Part shown: piece after piece, positions 15,510 to 25,021 of the stretch
Numbering within the stretch: position 1 is the stretch's first letter
How the letters are laid out: each line of letters begins with the position of its first letter
DNA from: Coriobacteriia bacterium
GTDB taxonomy: Bacteria > Actinomycetota > Coriobacteriia > Anaerosomatales > JBAZZO01
NCBI GenBank assembly: GCA_041658765.1
Contig: JBAZZO010000010.1
Coordinates: 2,360-66,359, forward strand
DNA length: 64,000 bases
Reading direction: 5' to 3'
Notes under the pieces: generated by a model
What the model was told of the DNA's origin: nothing
Seen by the model: only the letters and a program-made list of their open reading frames with translations
The model's database searches: none
Position numbers and translations under genes: made by a program

Positions 15510-16958
15510 TTGCCCATGAGGGCTTTCGTCGTCACGTGCCTCGATGCCGCCGTCGCCTCCGGCGCGACCTACGCCGACGTGCGCATCGTCGACACCCGCT
15601 CCGAGGACATCTCCGTGCGCACGGGCCGCGTCGAAGGCGTCTCCTCGTCCGCGTCGCTCGGCTTCGGCGTCCGCGTGATCGTCGACGGCGCCTGGGGATT
15701 CGCCGCTTCCTCCGAGATGACCGAGGCCGCCGCTTCGCGCGTGGCCGCTCAAGCGGTCGCGATCGCGCGCGCCTCCGCCCTCGTTCGAGGCGAGTTCGTC
15801 CACCTCGAACCGCTCCCCGCGCAGACCGGCAGCTGGCGCGGCCCGTGCGAGATCGACCCGTTCGCGATAGGCGTCGAGGAGAAGCTCGCCGTCCTGCTCG
15901 CCGGCGACGAGGCGCTGCGCACCGCCCCCGACGTCCGCGTGAGCGAGGGCTCGATGAACTTCCTCGCGGTCTCCAAGACGTTCGCCTCCACCGAGGGCTC
16001 CTACCTCGAGCAGTCGTACGTCGAGTCGGGCGCGGGCATCACCGCGTACGCGCTCGGCGACGGCGAGCTGATGCGCCGCTCGTACCCGAACTCCCACGGC
16101 GGCCAGGTCGTTCAGGGCGGCTGGGAGGCGATTCTCGCGCTCGACCTGCCGGGTAACGCGCCCAGAGTCGCCGAGCAGGCAGCCGCGCTCCTGCGCGCGA
16201 AGCCGTGTCCGGCCGCGACGACGACCGTCGTCATCGACGGCAGCCAGCTCGCCCTCCAGGTCCACGAGTCGGTCGGCCACCCGACCGAGCTCGACCGCGT
16301 CCTCGGCGACGAGGCCGCCTTCGCCGGGACGTCGTTCGTCGGCGTCGGCGACCTCGGGCGCCTGACCTACGGCTCCCCCTACGTGACCGTCACCGCCGAC
16401 GCGACCGTCGCCGGATCGCTCGGCTCCTTCGGATGGGACGACGAAGGCGTGCCTGCGACGCGCGACCATCTCGTGCGCGACGGCGTGCTCGCGGGCTTCC
16501 TCGGCTCGCGCGAGGCCAGCGCCGCGATCGGCCGCCCGAGCAACGGCTGCATGCGCGCCGACGGCTGGAACCGCCTTCCCATCATCCGCATGACGACCGT
16601 CTCGCTCGAGCCCCGCGCGGGCACCTTCGACGAGCTGATCGCCGACACGGACGACGGCCTCTACCTCGAGACGAACAGTTCGTGGTCGATCGACGACCGG
16701 CGGCTCAACTTCCAGTTCGCCACCGAGATCGGCTGGGAGATACGCAAAGGCCGGCTCGGCGCGATGGTCCGCAACCCCAACTACACCGGCATCACCCCCG
16801 CCTTCTGGGGCTCGTGCGACGCGATCTGCGGCCCGAGCGAATGGCGGGTGTGGGGCCTTCCGAACTGCGGGAAGGGTCAGCCTATGCAGGTGGCGCACGT
16901 CGCGCACGGGGCCGCGCCCGCCAGGTTCCGCGACGTCCAGGTGGGGGTGGGCAAGTGA
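15510..16958 (+). CDS. tldD: TldD-family metalloprotease
   Basis: Track ORF, 482 aa. HESVGHPTELDR (HExxxH) and the TldD/PmbA fold pattern. The stop overlaps the start of the pmbA-like gene. Confidence 0.85.
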   Translation: MPMRAFVVTCLDAAVASGATYADVRIVDTRSEDISVRTGRVEGVSSSASLGFGVRVIVDGAWGFAASSEMTEAAASRVAAQAVAIARASALVRGEFVHLEPLPAQTGSWRGPCEIDPFAIGVEEKLAVLLAGDEALRTAPDVRVSEGSMNFLAVSKTFASTEGSYLEQSYVESGAGITAYALGDGELMRRSYPNSHGGQVVQGGWEAILALDLPGNAPRVAEQAAALLRAKPCPAATTTVVIDGSQLALQVHESVGHPTELDRVLGDEAAFAGTSFVGVGDLGRLTYGSPYVTVTADATVAGSLGSFGWDDEGVPATRDHLVRDGVLAGFLGSREASAAIGRPSNGCMRADGWNRLPIIRMTTVSLEPRAGTFDELIADTDDGLYLETNSSWSIDDRRLNFQFATEIGWEIRKGRLGAMVRNPNYTGITPAFWGSCDAICGPSEWRVWGLPNCGKGQPMQVAHVAHGAAPARFRDVQVGVGK

Positions 16959-18292
16959 TGACGCCGGACCAGGCGCGCGAGCTCGCCGCCCGCGCCGTGT
17001 CGCTCACGCCCGCCGACGAGGCCGAGGCTCTCGTCACGGCGGGAGTCGAGTCGCTCACGCGGTTCGCGGGCAACCGCATCCACCAGAACGTCTGTGAGGA
17101 GGACTCCCGCGTGAGCGTGCGCGCCGTCGTGGGCACGCGCGTCGGTGTGGCGAGCACGAACCGCCTCGACGACGACTCTCTGCTCGAATGCTGCGAGGCC
17201 GCGGCGCGCGCAGCGTCGCTCGCTCCCGACGACCCCAGCTTCCCCGGCCTCCCCGGCCCCGCGCCGCTCACCGCCCCCGACCGGGTCAGCGCCGCAGCGC
17301 GGGCCTTCGGGCCCGCCGAACGCGCGGCCGCCGTCGCGGCGATCGTCGCCCCGAGCGCCGAGCGTGGCCTGACCGCCGCGGGCGCGGTGGACGTCTCCGA
17401 CTCCGTGATCGCCGTCGCGAACTCGCGCGGCGTCGATGCGTGCGCGCCCGTCACGTCGGCGGGCGCGAGCGTGCTCGCGATGGGCGCGAGCGGCGGCTCG
17501 GGCTGGGCATCGTTCTCCGGCCTCGGTCCCGAGGCTCTCGACGCGGCCGCCCTCGGCGAGGAGGCCGCGCTCACCGCGGTGCGCTCCGCGGACCCCGAAG
17601 ACCTGCCGCCCGGCTCCTACACCGTGCTCCTTGGGCCGGAAGCGGTCGCCGACATCCTCTCGATGCTCGCGTATGCCGGCCTCTCGGCGAAAGCGCTCGA
17701 AGAAGGAAGCTCCTTCATGGCGGGCCACCTCGGGGAGCGGCTCTTCCCCGAATGGGTCACCATAGTCGACGACGCGCTCGCGCCTCACGCGACGGGCCTG
17801 CCGTTCGACTTCGAGGGATGCCCGAAGCGGCGCGTCGCGCTCGTCGAGCGCGGCGTGGTCTCCGGACCGGTCACCGACTCGTACTGGGCGGCGCGTACCG
17901 GCCGGCCGAACACCGGTCACGCTCTCCCGGCGCCGAACTCCTTCGGCCCGTACCCGCTCGACCTGGCGATGGAGCCCGGCGAACGCACGGCTGCGGAGCT
18001 GATCGCGAGTGTGGAGCGCGGGGTCTGGGTCTCGCGCTTCCACTACGTCAACGTCGAGGATCCGGTCACCGCCACACTCACCGGCATGACGCGCGACGGC
18101 ACGTTCCTCATCGAGGACGGGTCGCCGACTCGCCCTCTCAAGAACCTGCGCTTCACCCAGAGCGCCGTCGAGGCGCTCGCCCGAGTGACGGGCGTGGGGA
18201 GCGAGCGACGGCTGGCCGGAGAGCGGGGCTCGGCTTCGTTCGTGCCCGCGCTGCTCGTCGAGGGCTTCGCGTTCACCGGCCGCACGAGCTGA
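16958..18292 (+). CDS. pmbA: PmbA/TldE-family protein (TldD partner)
   Basis: Track ORF 16205..18292 trimmed to ATG 16958. The upstream part is R-rich and lies inside tldD. MTPDQARELAARAVSL...RFAGNRIHQN... is typical PmbA. It lacks HExxxH. Confidence 0.8.
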   Translation: MTPDQARELAARAVSLTPADEAEALVTAGVESLTRFAGNRIHQNVCEEDSRVSVRAVVGTRVGVASTNRLDDDSLLECCEAAARAASLAPDDPSFPGLPGPAPLTAPDRVSAAARAFGPAERAAAVAAIVAPSAERGLTAAGAVDVSDSVIAVANSRGVDACAPVTSAGASVLAMGASGGSGWASFSGLGPEALDAAALGEEAALTAVRSADPEDLPPGSYTVLLGPEAVADILSMLAYAGLSAKALEEGSSFMAGHLGERLFPEWVTIVDDALAPHATGLPFDFEGCPKRRVALVERGVVSGPVTDSYWAARTGRPNTGHALPAPNSFGPYPLDLAMEPGERTAAELIASVERGVWVSRFHYVNVEDPVTATLTGMTRDGTFLIEDGSPTRPLKNLRFTQSAVEALARVTGVGSERRLAGERGSASFVPALLVEGFAFTGRTS

Positions 18293-18558
18293 TCTCCCCC
18301 TGGAATGCGCTCGGGCCCCGGAGTCCGATCCTCTCGGGGCCCTCGCAATTGGTGGGAGCTTCTCCCGATTCGCGGAGGGGACCGCTCCCCGGGACCGTCT
18401 CCCGTACTCGTCAGGCGAAGTGGCGTTCGCCCCTGACAACCTGGTTATCGGCATCCTGGGCGGGCGCCGATGAGTCCCCGCTCGACGAGCGCACGCGACT
18501 ACTGACGGCCGGTTCCTGAGCGAACCTGAACGGCACTTTCTGGCCGACGGACGGCGCG

Positions 18559-19200
18559 TCAGTCGCGCGTCTCGTCGTCCTTGGCCGCGACCATCTCCTT
18601 GACCTTCATGAGACGGGTCAGGTTGCCGCGCTCGGCCTCGTCGAGCTTCATCTGGATGTCGCGCACGGTCTCCGTGATCTGCGGGATGAGGACGTACTCG
18701 AGCGCGTTCACGCGACGGCGCGTACGCTCGATCTCGGCCGCGAGCAGCTCGATCGCTTTCTCGCGCTCCGCGAGGTCGACCATCCTCGGCGCGACGTCGC
18801 GCAGGCTCGCCAAGGCGCGGTCGAGCACGGCGGGCGTCGTCGCCAGCGAGTAGCCCGCGCGAAGAGGAAGCTCGCCGACCTCGAAGACCGGCACGCGAAC
18901 GCTCATCACGTTGCGCTCGCCCACCGACAGCGCGTCGACCGGCTCGCCGGCGAGCAGCGCCCTCGAGAGCGCCGACCCGCCCGCCTCGCCTCGCGCGACC
19001 GCGAGCAGTCCGAAGGCGGAGGCGAGCTCGCGCTCGACCTCCGAGCGCAGACGGCGGTCCTGGGCGATGCGCGAGAGGAACGCCTTCATCAGTTCGTCGA
19101 GCTTGTCCTTGAGCAGCTTGTGGCCTCGCACCGCGACGTCGCCGCGCCGCTTGAGGCGCAGCAGCTCCATCCGGTTGGGGTTCACGCGCAGCGTCGCCAT
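18559..19200 (-). CDS. atpD: V/A-type ATP synthase subunit D
   Basis: Track ORF, 213 aa. MATLRVNPNRMELLRLKRR...KLLKDKLDELM... is the conserved subunit D N-terminus. It is the last gene of the operon. Confidence 0.85.
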   Translation of the reverse strand: MATLRVNPNRMELLRLKRRGDVAVRGHKLLKDKLDELMKAFLSRIAQDRRLRSEVERELASAFGLLAVARGEAGGSALSRALLAGEPVDALSVGERNVMSVRVPVFEVGELPLRAGYSLATTPAVLDRALASLRDVAPRMVDLAEREKAIELLAAEIERTRRRVNALEYVLIPQITETVRDIQMKLDEAERGNLTRLMKVKEMVAAKDDETRD

Positions 19201-19201
19201 G

Positions 19202-19390
19202 CTATCTGGTCGCCCCCCACACCACGAGCGCCGCCGCGACGAGAAGCAGCGTCACGTTCACCCATCGCAGCGCCGAGATCCAGCGCGCCGGGTCCGCGCC
19301 CGCCTGTCGCGCCGCGCGGGCGCTCGAGACCTGGAGCGCCACGACCGCCGCGAACAGCAGCGCGAGTATGAGGGTCAGCGCTTCGCGCAT
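19202..19390 (-). CDS. small two-TM protein inserted between atpB and atpD
   Basis: C-terminal 62 codons of track ORF 19202..19651: MREALTLILALLFAAVVALQVSS...VNVTLLLVAAALVVWGATR. It starts 4 nt after the atpB stop and ends 1 nt before the atpD start. Confidence 0.4.
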   Translation of the reverse strand: MREALTLILALLFAAVVALQVSSARAARQAGADPARWISALRWVNVTLLLVAAALVVWGATR

Positions 19391-19394
19391 CTTC

Positions 19395-20819
19395 TCAGGC
19401 CTTCCCCGCTTCCGCCCCGCCGGGCAGGTACTTCTCGACGAACTCGTCCTTGATGCGCTTGAGCTCGCTGCGCGGCAGGAGCGCCGCGAGTTCCCATCCG
19501 AGCGAGAGCGTCTCCTCGATGCTTCTCTCCTCGCCGTCGCCCTGGCGGATGAAGCGGTCCTCGAACGCGTCGGCGAAGGCGACGAACGCCTTGTCCGTGT
19601 CGGAGAGCGCGGCGTCGCCCAGGATGACGGCGAGTTCTTTCGCCGAGACACCGCGGGCGTACGCGCCGAAGAGCTGGTTGCTCAGGTCGGCGTGGTCCTC
19701 GCGCGTCTTGCCCGGCCCGATGCCCTTCTGCTTGAGGCGCGAGAGGCTCGGCAGCACCGCGATCGGCGGGTAGACGCCGCGGCGGTGGAGCGGGCGGTCG
19801 AGGATGATCTGGCCCTCGGTGATGTAGCCGGTAAGGTCGGGGATGGGGTGCGTCTTGTCGTCGTCCGGCATCGTGAGTATCGGCACCTGCGTGATCGATC
19901 CCGGCATCCCCTGCACGCGCCCGGCGCGTTCGTAGAGCGTGGCGAGGTCGGTGTAGAGGTAACCGGGATAGCCGCGCCGTCCCGGCACCTCTTTGCGCGC
20001 GGCCGAGACCTCGCGCAGCGCCTCGCAGTAGTACGTCATGTCCGTGAGGATGACGAGCACGTGCATGCCGAGGTCGAACGCGAGGTACTCCGCGCACGTC
20101 AGCGCCATTCTAGGCGTCGCGATCCGCTCGACGGCGGGGTCGTCCGCGAGGTTGAGGAAGAGCACCGAGCGCTCGACCGCCGCTGTGTCGCGCAACTCCG
20201 TCATGAAGAAGTCGGCGTCCTCGAAAGTGATGCCCATCGCCGCGAAGACGACGGCGAAGTCGCCTTCGGCCTTCTCGCCCGCCCGCGTCGGGTCGTCGCT
20301 GCGGGCCAGCACCGCCGCTTGACGCGCGATCTGCGCCGCGAGCTCGTTGTGCGGCAGGCCGCTTCCCGAGAAGATCGGCAGCTTCTGGCCGCGCACGAGC
20401 GGGTTGAGGCCGTCGATGGCCGACACACCCGTCTGGATGAAGTCGTCGGGGAAGTCGCGCGCCGTGGGGTTGATCGGGCTGCCGTAGACGGAGCGGCGCT
20501 GCTCGGCGATGATCTCCGGTCCGCCGTCGCGCGGCCGCCCCAGCCCGTCGAAGACGCGGCCGAGCATGTCGCGCGAGACGCCGATCTCCAGCCCGCGGCC
20601 GAGGAAGGTGACCTTCGTCTCGGACGGGTTCGACCCTCTCGTGCCGCCGAACGCCTGCACGAGCGCGACGTCGCCCGAGACCTCGAGCACGTTGCCGAGC
20701 GAGCGCACGCCGTTCGGGAACTCGAGCTCGACGAGCTCGCCGTACGTGACGTCGGCGACGCGCTCCACCAGAAGCAGCGGCCCGACGATGTCGCGGGTGG
20801 TGGTGTATTCGCGGCTCAT
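19395..20819 (-). CDS. atpB: V/A-type ATP synthase subunit B
   Basis: Track ORF, 474 aa, with a strongly conserved subunit B sequence (..[25 protein letters not shown].., ..[19 protein letters not shown]..). Confidence 0.95.
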   Translation of the reverse strand: MSREYTTTRDIVGPLLLVERVADVTYGELVELEFPNGVRSLGNVLEVSGDVALVQAFGGTRGSNPSETKVTFLGRGLEIGVSRDMLGRVFDGLGRPRDGGPEIIAEQRRSVYGSPINPTARDFPDDFIQTGVSAIDGLNPLVRGQKLPIFSGSGLPHNELAAQIARQAAVLARSDDPTRAGEKAEGDFAVVFAAMGITFEDADFFMTELRDTAAVERSVLFLNLADDPAVERIATPRMALTCAEYLAFDLGMHVLVILTDMTYYCEALREVSAARKEVPGRRGYPGYLYTDLATLYERAGRVQGMPGSITQVPILTMPDDDKTHPIPDLTGYITEGQIILDRPLHRRGVYPPIAVLPSLSRLKQKGIGPGKTREDHADLSNQLFGAYARGVSAKELAVILGDAALSDTDKAFVAFADAFEDRFIRQGDGEERSIEETLSLGWELAALLPRSELKRIKDEFVEKYLPGGAEAGKA

Positions 20820-22591
20820 CGCGCGCCCTCCTTCTTGCGCGGGGCCGCGCCCGCGACGAGCTGGGTCTCGATGTCGCCCGCCAGAGAGTCGAACAGCGCG
20901 TCCGCCTCTTCCTCGGCGACGTACTTCGCACGGGTGATGCGCTCGCGCACCTGCGCCGCGAGGATGTCGTCGAGCGACGCCCCCGCGCTGAGGGCGACCA
21001 GCGCGCGCTCGTGGAAGAGCAGGATCGTCTCGAGGAGCCGGTCCTGCTTTCGCAGGCTCGTGAACTGGTCGTCGTCCCGGAAGGCGTTCTGCTGGAGGAA
21101 GTCCTCCCGCAGCGACTTCGCACTCTCCATCAGCACCCGCTCCTCGGGGCTGATCGCCTCGAGGCCGACGAGACGCACGATCTCGGAGAGCTCGTTCTCG
21201 CGCTGCAGGATCGCCATCGCGCGGTCGCGGCGCTGCCGATACTCCAGCGAGACGTTCTCCTCCCAGAACGGCGTGACCTTGTCCAGATAGAGAGAGTAGC
21301 TGGTCAGCCAGTCGATGGCCGGGAAGTGTCTCTCATAGGCGAGGCTATCCTGGAGCGCCCAGAAGACCTTCACGACTCGCAGGGTGTTCTGCACGACCGG
21401 CTCGGAGAGGTCACCGCCGGGAGGCGAGACGCTGCCGACGACAGAGACCGAGCCGGAGCGGTCGCCGAGTGTGTCGACCTTCCCGGCGCGCTCGTAGAAC
21501 GCGGCGAGCTTCGTGCCGAGATACGCGGGGAAGCCCTCCTCGCCGGGCATCTCCTCGAGGCGGCCGGAGATCTCGCGCATCGCCTCGGCCCAGCGGCTCG
21601 TCGAGTCGGCTTGGAGCACGACCTCGTAGCCCATGTCGCGGAAGTACTCGGCGATGGTGATCCCCGTGTAGACGCTCGCCTCGCGCGCGGCGACCGGCAT
21701 GTTCGAGGTGTTGGCGACGAGCACCGTGCGCTCCATGAGCGGCCGGCCCGAGTACGGGTCGGTGAGCTCGGGGAACTCCATGAGCACGTCGGTCATCTCG
21801 TTGCCGCGCTCGCCGCATCCGATGAAGACGACGATCTGCGCGTTGCTCCACTTCGCGACCTGGTGCTGGGTGACCGTCTTGCCCGCGCCGAACGGCCCGG
21901 GGATGCACGCCGTGCCGCCCTTGACGAGCGGGAAGAACGTGTCGATGACGCGCGTGCCGGTGACGAGCGGCTCGCCCGACGCGACCTTGCGCCCGTAGGG
22001 GCGCCCGACGCGGACGGGCCAGACCTGCCGCATGGTGAGGTCCTTCTCGGCACCGTCGGCGGTGCGCACGCGCGCGACCGGGTCGAGCACCGTGTACGTG
22101 CCGCCCTCGATCGACTCGAGCACGCCGGAGACTCCCGGCGGCACCATGATGCGGTGCTCGATGACGGGGTTCTCCTGCACCGTGCCGATGACGTCGCCGG
22201 GAGAGACCTTAGCCCCGGACTTGAGCGTCGGCACGAACTCCCAGCGCGACGTCGGGTCGAGGCCCGGCGCCGTGATGCCGCGCGTGAGGAACGCGCCGGC
22301 CTGCGCCCGCAGCACGTCGAGCGGACGCTGCACGCCGTCGTAGACCGACCCCAACAGCCCCGGTCCCAGCTCGACCGAGAGCGGCGCGCCGGTCGCGAGC
22401 ACGGGGTGACCGGGGCCGAGGCCGTCGGTCTCCTCGTACACCTGGATCCACGCGCGGTCGCCCCGCATCTCGATGATCTCGCCCATGAGGCCGGCCTCGC
22501 CGACCCTGACCAGATCGAACATCCTCGCATGCGCGAGCCCGGACGCCACTACGAGCGGTCCGGCGACCTTGATGATCGTCCCTTGCTCCAT
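20816..22591 (-). CDS. atpA: V/A-type ATP synthase catalytic subunit A
   Basis: Track ORF, 591 aa. Walker A GPFGAGKT in ..[15 protein letters not shown].. and the conserved ..[24 protein letters not shown]... Confidence 0.95.
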   Translation of the reverse strand: MEQGTIIKVAGPLVVASGLAHARMFDLVRVGEAGLMGEIIEMRGDRAWIQVYEETDGLGPGHPVLATGAPLSVELGPGLLGSVYDGVQRPLDVLRAQAGAFLTRGITAPGLDPTSRWEFVPTLKSGAKVSPGDVIGTVQENPVIEHRIMVPPGVSGVLESIEGGTYTVLDPVARVRTADGAEKDLTMRQVWPVRVGRPYGRKVASGEPLVTGTRVIDTFFPLVKGGTACIPGPFGAGKTVTQHQVAKWSNAQIVVFIGCGERGNEMTDVLMEFPELTDPYSGRPLMERTVLVANTSNMPVAAREASVYTGITIAEYFRDMGYEVVLQADSTSRWAEAMREISGRLEEMPGEEGFPAYLGTKLAAFYERAGKVDTLGDRSGSVSVVGSVSPPGGDLSEPVVQNTLRVVKVFWALQDSLAYERHFPAIDWLTSYSLYLDKVTPFWEENVSLEYRQRRDRAMAILQRENELSEIVRLVGLEAISPEERVLMESAKSLREDFLQQNAFRDDDQFTSLRKQDRLLETILLFHERALVALSAGASLDDILAAQVRERITRAKYVAEEEADALFDSLAGDIETQLVAGAAPRKKEGAR

Positions 22592-22924
22592 CTAGCCTTC
22601 CTCCACTGAGAACGGGACCGACGTGCCGAGCGCGCGCTCCACGGCGCGCGCCAGCCTCGCCGCTCCCACCCCGCCGGCGCCGCCGGCGCCGGGGATGACG
22701 GTGACCGCGGGGACCGGACGGTCCGCGGCCTCGGCCACGAGGTCGTCGATCGCCTCGTAGACCGGTTCGGTGACGAATACGACGCCGTACGCGCCGCTCG
22801 CGAGCTCGTCCCAGAGCCCGCGCGCGTCCTCGGGCCTCTCGAGCGCGAACGCGGCGAACCCCAGCGGGCGGAATCCCGCCACGCTCACGGCGTCGCCGAC
22901 GATGGCGATGCGGGTCGCGCTCAC
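22592..22924 (-). CDS. atpF: V/A-type ATP synthase subunit F
   Basis: Track ORF, 110 aa. IAIVGDAVSVAGFRPLGF...VVFVTE is the subunit F pattern. Its position between C and A fits. Confidence 0.75.
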   Translation of the reverse strand: MSATRIAIVGDAVSVAGFRPLGFAAFALERPEDARGLWDELASGAYGVVFVTEPVYEAIDDLVAEAADRPVPAVTVIPGAGGAGGVGAARLARAVERALGTSVPFSVEEG

Positions 22925-23913
22925 CGGAAGGACCTCCTCAGCCGCGCGCGCAGCACCGCGGGATCGACGGAGGCGAGCTTGCCCAGCAGCAGTGAGCGCA
23001 GCGCGAGCGCCTCGCCCTCTCGGGCGAGCACGTACGCGATGACGGGGGCGGGTCCGTAGGGCACGCGGCGCGCGTCCGCGAGCTCGCTCGCCGCGAGATC
23101 GTCGAGCACGACGTCGAGGCCGTCCTGGTCGGCGAGTTCCGCGGCCGTCGCGCCGGTCAGCGTCGGCCGGGCCGCGATGCGCGCCGCCAGGTCGCCCAGC
23201 GGAAGCCGGACGTCCGCGGCGAGCGCGGCGAGTCCGGGATCGCCTCCGGGGATGACGCGCTCGAGCGCCTCCGCGGGAGAGAGGCCGAACGAGCCGGCGC
23301 GCAGGAGCGCCTTCGCGTTCGCGAGGTCGATGCGCATGGTCGCGAGCCGAGCGAGGAACGGGACGCGCGAAGACAGCGCGGCCTCGGTGAGCGATGCGTA
23401 CAGCGCCCGGTCGGCTAGCGTCTCGAGCCCGGCCGTCGTCGGAGGCGGGTCCGACGCGAGGACGCTCGCGGCGAACGGGCCGAGCCCAGCGGGCAGTTCG
23501 CCGAGGTCACCCGAGAGCGCCTCCAAAGCGACGCTGCCGAGCGGAGAGAGCAGCCCCTCCGGTTCGATGCCGAGAAGCCGGGCCTTGAGCACGGAGACGA
23601 CGTTGCCGAAGTCGTGCGGCAGCCGGAAGAAGCTCACGACGGACTCGGGCAGATCGGACGCCTCAAGGAACTCCTTGTAGAGGTCGGCGAGCGAGGCCGC
23701 CAGCCCGCGCTCGACGTCGGCGGAGGTCTGCGCGCCTTCGAGGTACCGGCCGACGTGGGTCTCGGACAGCACCCGGCGCTGTTCCGCGAACGTCGGCGCG
23801 TCGAGCAGGCGCTCGAACGTCGGGCGACCGAGCAGGCGCGTCTCGAGCACGCGGACGCGTCCGACGGCGAAGCCGTAGCGGATGGGGTCGGACAGGGCGG
23901 CGCGCATGCCCAT
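22921..23913 (-). CDS. atpC: V/A-type ATP synthase subunit C (d)
   Basis: Track ORF, 330 aa. Y.FAVGRVRVLE..LL is the N-terminus typical of subunit C. Operon position fits. Confidence 0.8.
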   Translation of the reverse strand: MGMRAALSDPIRYGFAVGRVRVLETRLLGRPTFERLLDAPTFAEQRRVLSETHVGRYLEGAQTSADVERGLAASLADLYKEFLEASDLPESVVSFFRLPHDFGNVVSVLKARLLGIEPEGLLSPLGSVALEALSGDLGELPAGLGPFAASVLASDPPPTTAGLETLADRALYASLTEAALSSRVPFLARLATMRIDLANAKALLRAGSFGLSPAEALERVIPGGDPGLAALAADVRLPLGDLAARIAARPTLTGATAAELADQDGLDVVLDDLAASELADARRVPYGPAPVIAYVLAREGEALALRSLLLGKLASVDPAVLRARLRRSFR

Positions 23914-23917
23914 CGTC

Positions 23918-24511
23918 TCAGGCGCCTCCCCCGGTCTCGTCGAACAGGATCCGCGCCGCTGCCAGGAGCGACTCCTCGCGGGCGTCGGCCAAGGCGGCCT
24001 CGGGCGAGATCTCCGCGCGGACGCCGGCCGAGAGCACGACGACTCCGCGATCGGTGTCCGCCGCCGCAGCGTCGAGCGTCACTTCCGCGCCGGCCGCCGC
24101 GAACGCGGCGGGCAGCGCGGCGCGCACCTTCGCGCTCTCCGACGCGCCCACGCGCACCGACTCGCCGCCACGCGAGACGGCCGCCACCCTCGCGGCGATC
24201 CAAGCGGCGTACGCGGCGGCGTCGAGCGCTAGCACCCTCTCGCGGGCCGCGTCGAGGACGCTCTCGGCGAGCTCGCGCTTCGCGACCAGCGTCGCGTCTC
24301 GCGAGGCGAGCCGGGCGGCAGCGACCGTCCGGCCGGCGTCGCGCGCGGCGGCCGTCTCGGCCGCGCCCACGATCCGCGCTCGTTCGGCCTCCGCGGACGC
24401 GCGGGCGGTCGAGACCAGGGCTTCCGCCTCCGCACGGGCGCCATCGAGCACGGCGCCCGCCTCCGCGGCGGCGTCGGCGCCTATCCTGTCCAGGATGTCC
24501 TGCAGCGCCAT
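23918..24511 (-). CDS. atpE: V/A-type ATP synthase subunit E
   Basis: Track ORF, 197 aa. Ala/Glu/Arg-rich N-terminal helix plus a globular C-terminus. Operon position fits. Confidence 0.75.
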   Translation of the reverse strand: MALQDILDRIGADAAAEAGAVLDGARAEAEALVSTARASAEAERARIVGAAETAAARDAGRTVAAARLASRDATLVAKRELAESVLDAARERVLALDAAAYAAWIAARVAAVSRGGESVRVGASESAKVRAALPAAFAAAGAEVTLDAAAADTDRGVVVLSAGVRAEISPEAALADAREESLLAAARILFDETGGGA

Positions 24512-24514
24512 GCC

Positions 24515-25021
24515 CTACGCCCCGAACGTCGCGCGCAGCGAGAGGAGCATGAGGATGGTGACGATGAGCGAGATGACCGCGTACGTCTCGACCAGCGCCG
24601 GGAAGATGAGCGCCTTGCCGGAGTCCTCGCCGCGCCGCGCCACGATCCCGGCGGCCGACGCGCCGGTGAGGCCCTGGTACACAGCGCTCACGCAGCATGC
24701 CCAGGCCACCGGCATGCACGCCAGGAAGACCTTGAATCCCTGCGGCGCCGTCAGCGTGGACGTCCCGCCGAGGATGTTGAAGAAGATGAGCACGAGCACT
24801 GCCGCGATGAAACCGTAGATGCCCTGCGTGCCCGGCATGGCGGCCAACGGAAGCAGCTTGCCGAACTTCTCGGAGTCCTCGGCGACGATGCCCGAGATGG
24901 TCGCGCTCGCTATCGCGATGCCCCAAGCCGAGCCGATGCCGCCGAGGATGGCGGCCAACCCTCCACCGAGCAACGCCCAATCGAGACCAGCGAGCCCTAG
25001 AAAAGTATCCTTCACGATCAC
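24515..25021 (-). CDS. atpK: V/A-type ATP synthase proteolipid subunit K (4-TM, NtpK-like)
   Basis: C-terminal 168 codons of track ORF 24515..26164, starting at GTG 25021 (GTGA overlap with the atpI stop). ..AAMPGTQGIYGF.., ..AVYQGLTGASAAG.. and ..FPALVETYAVISL.. align with Enterococcus hirae NtpK. Confidence 0.85.
   Translation of the reverse strand: MIVKDTFLGLAGLDWALLGGGLAAILGGIGSAWGIAIASATISGIVAEDSEKFGKLLPLAAMPGTQGIYGFIAAVLVLIFFNILGGTSTLTAPQGFKVFLACMPVAWACCVSAVYQGLTGASAAGIVARRGEDSGKALIFPALVETYAVISLIVTILMLLSLRATFGA

Noticed and set aside
16205-16957. N-terminal 250 codons of track ORF 16205..18292, and similar long extensions of 26902..29676, 38723..40804, 56658..58613, 59321..61609 and 62127..63878
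   Set aside because: The extensions are R/P-rich, lie inside upstream genes in another frame, and precede internal starts with overlap-type coupling (ATGA/GTGA). Genes were trimmed to those internal starts.
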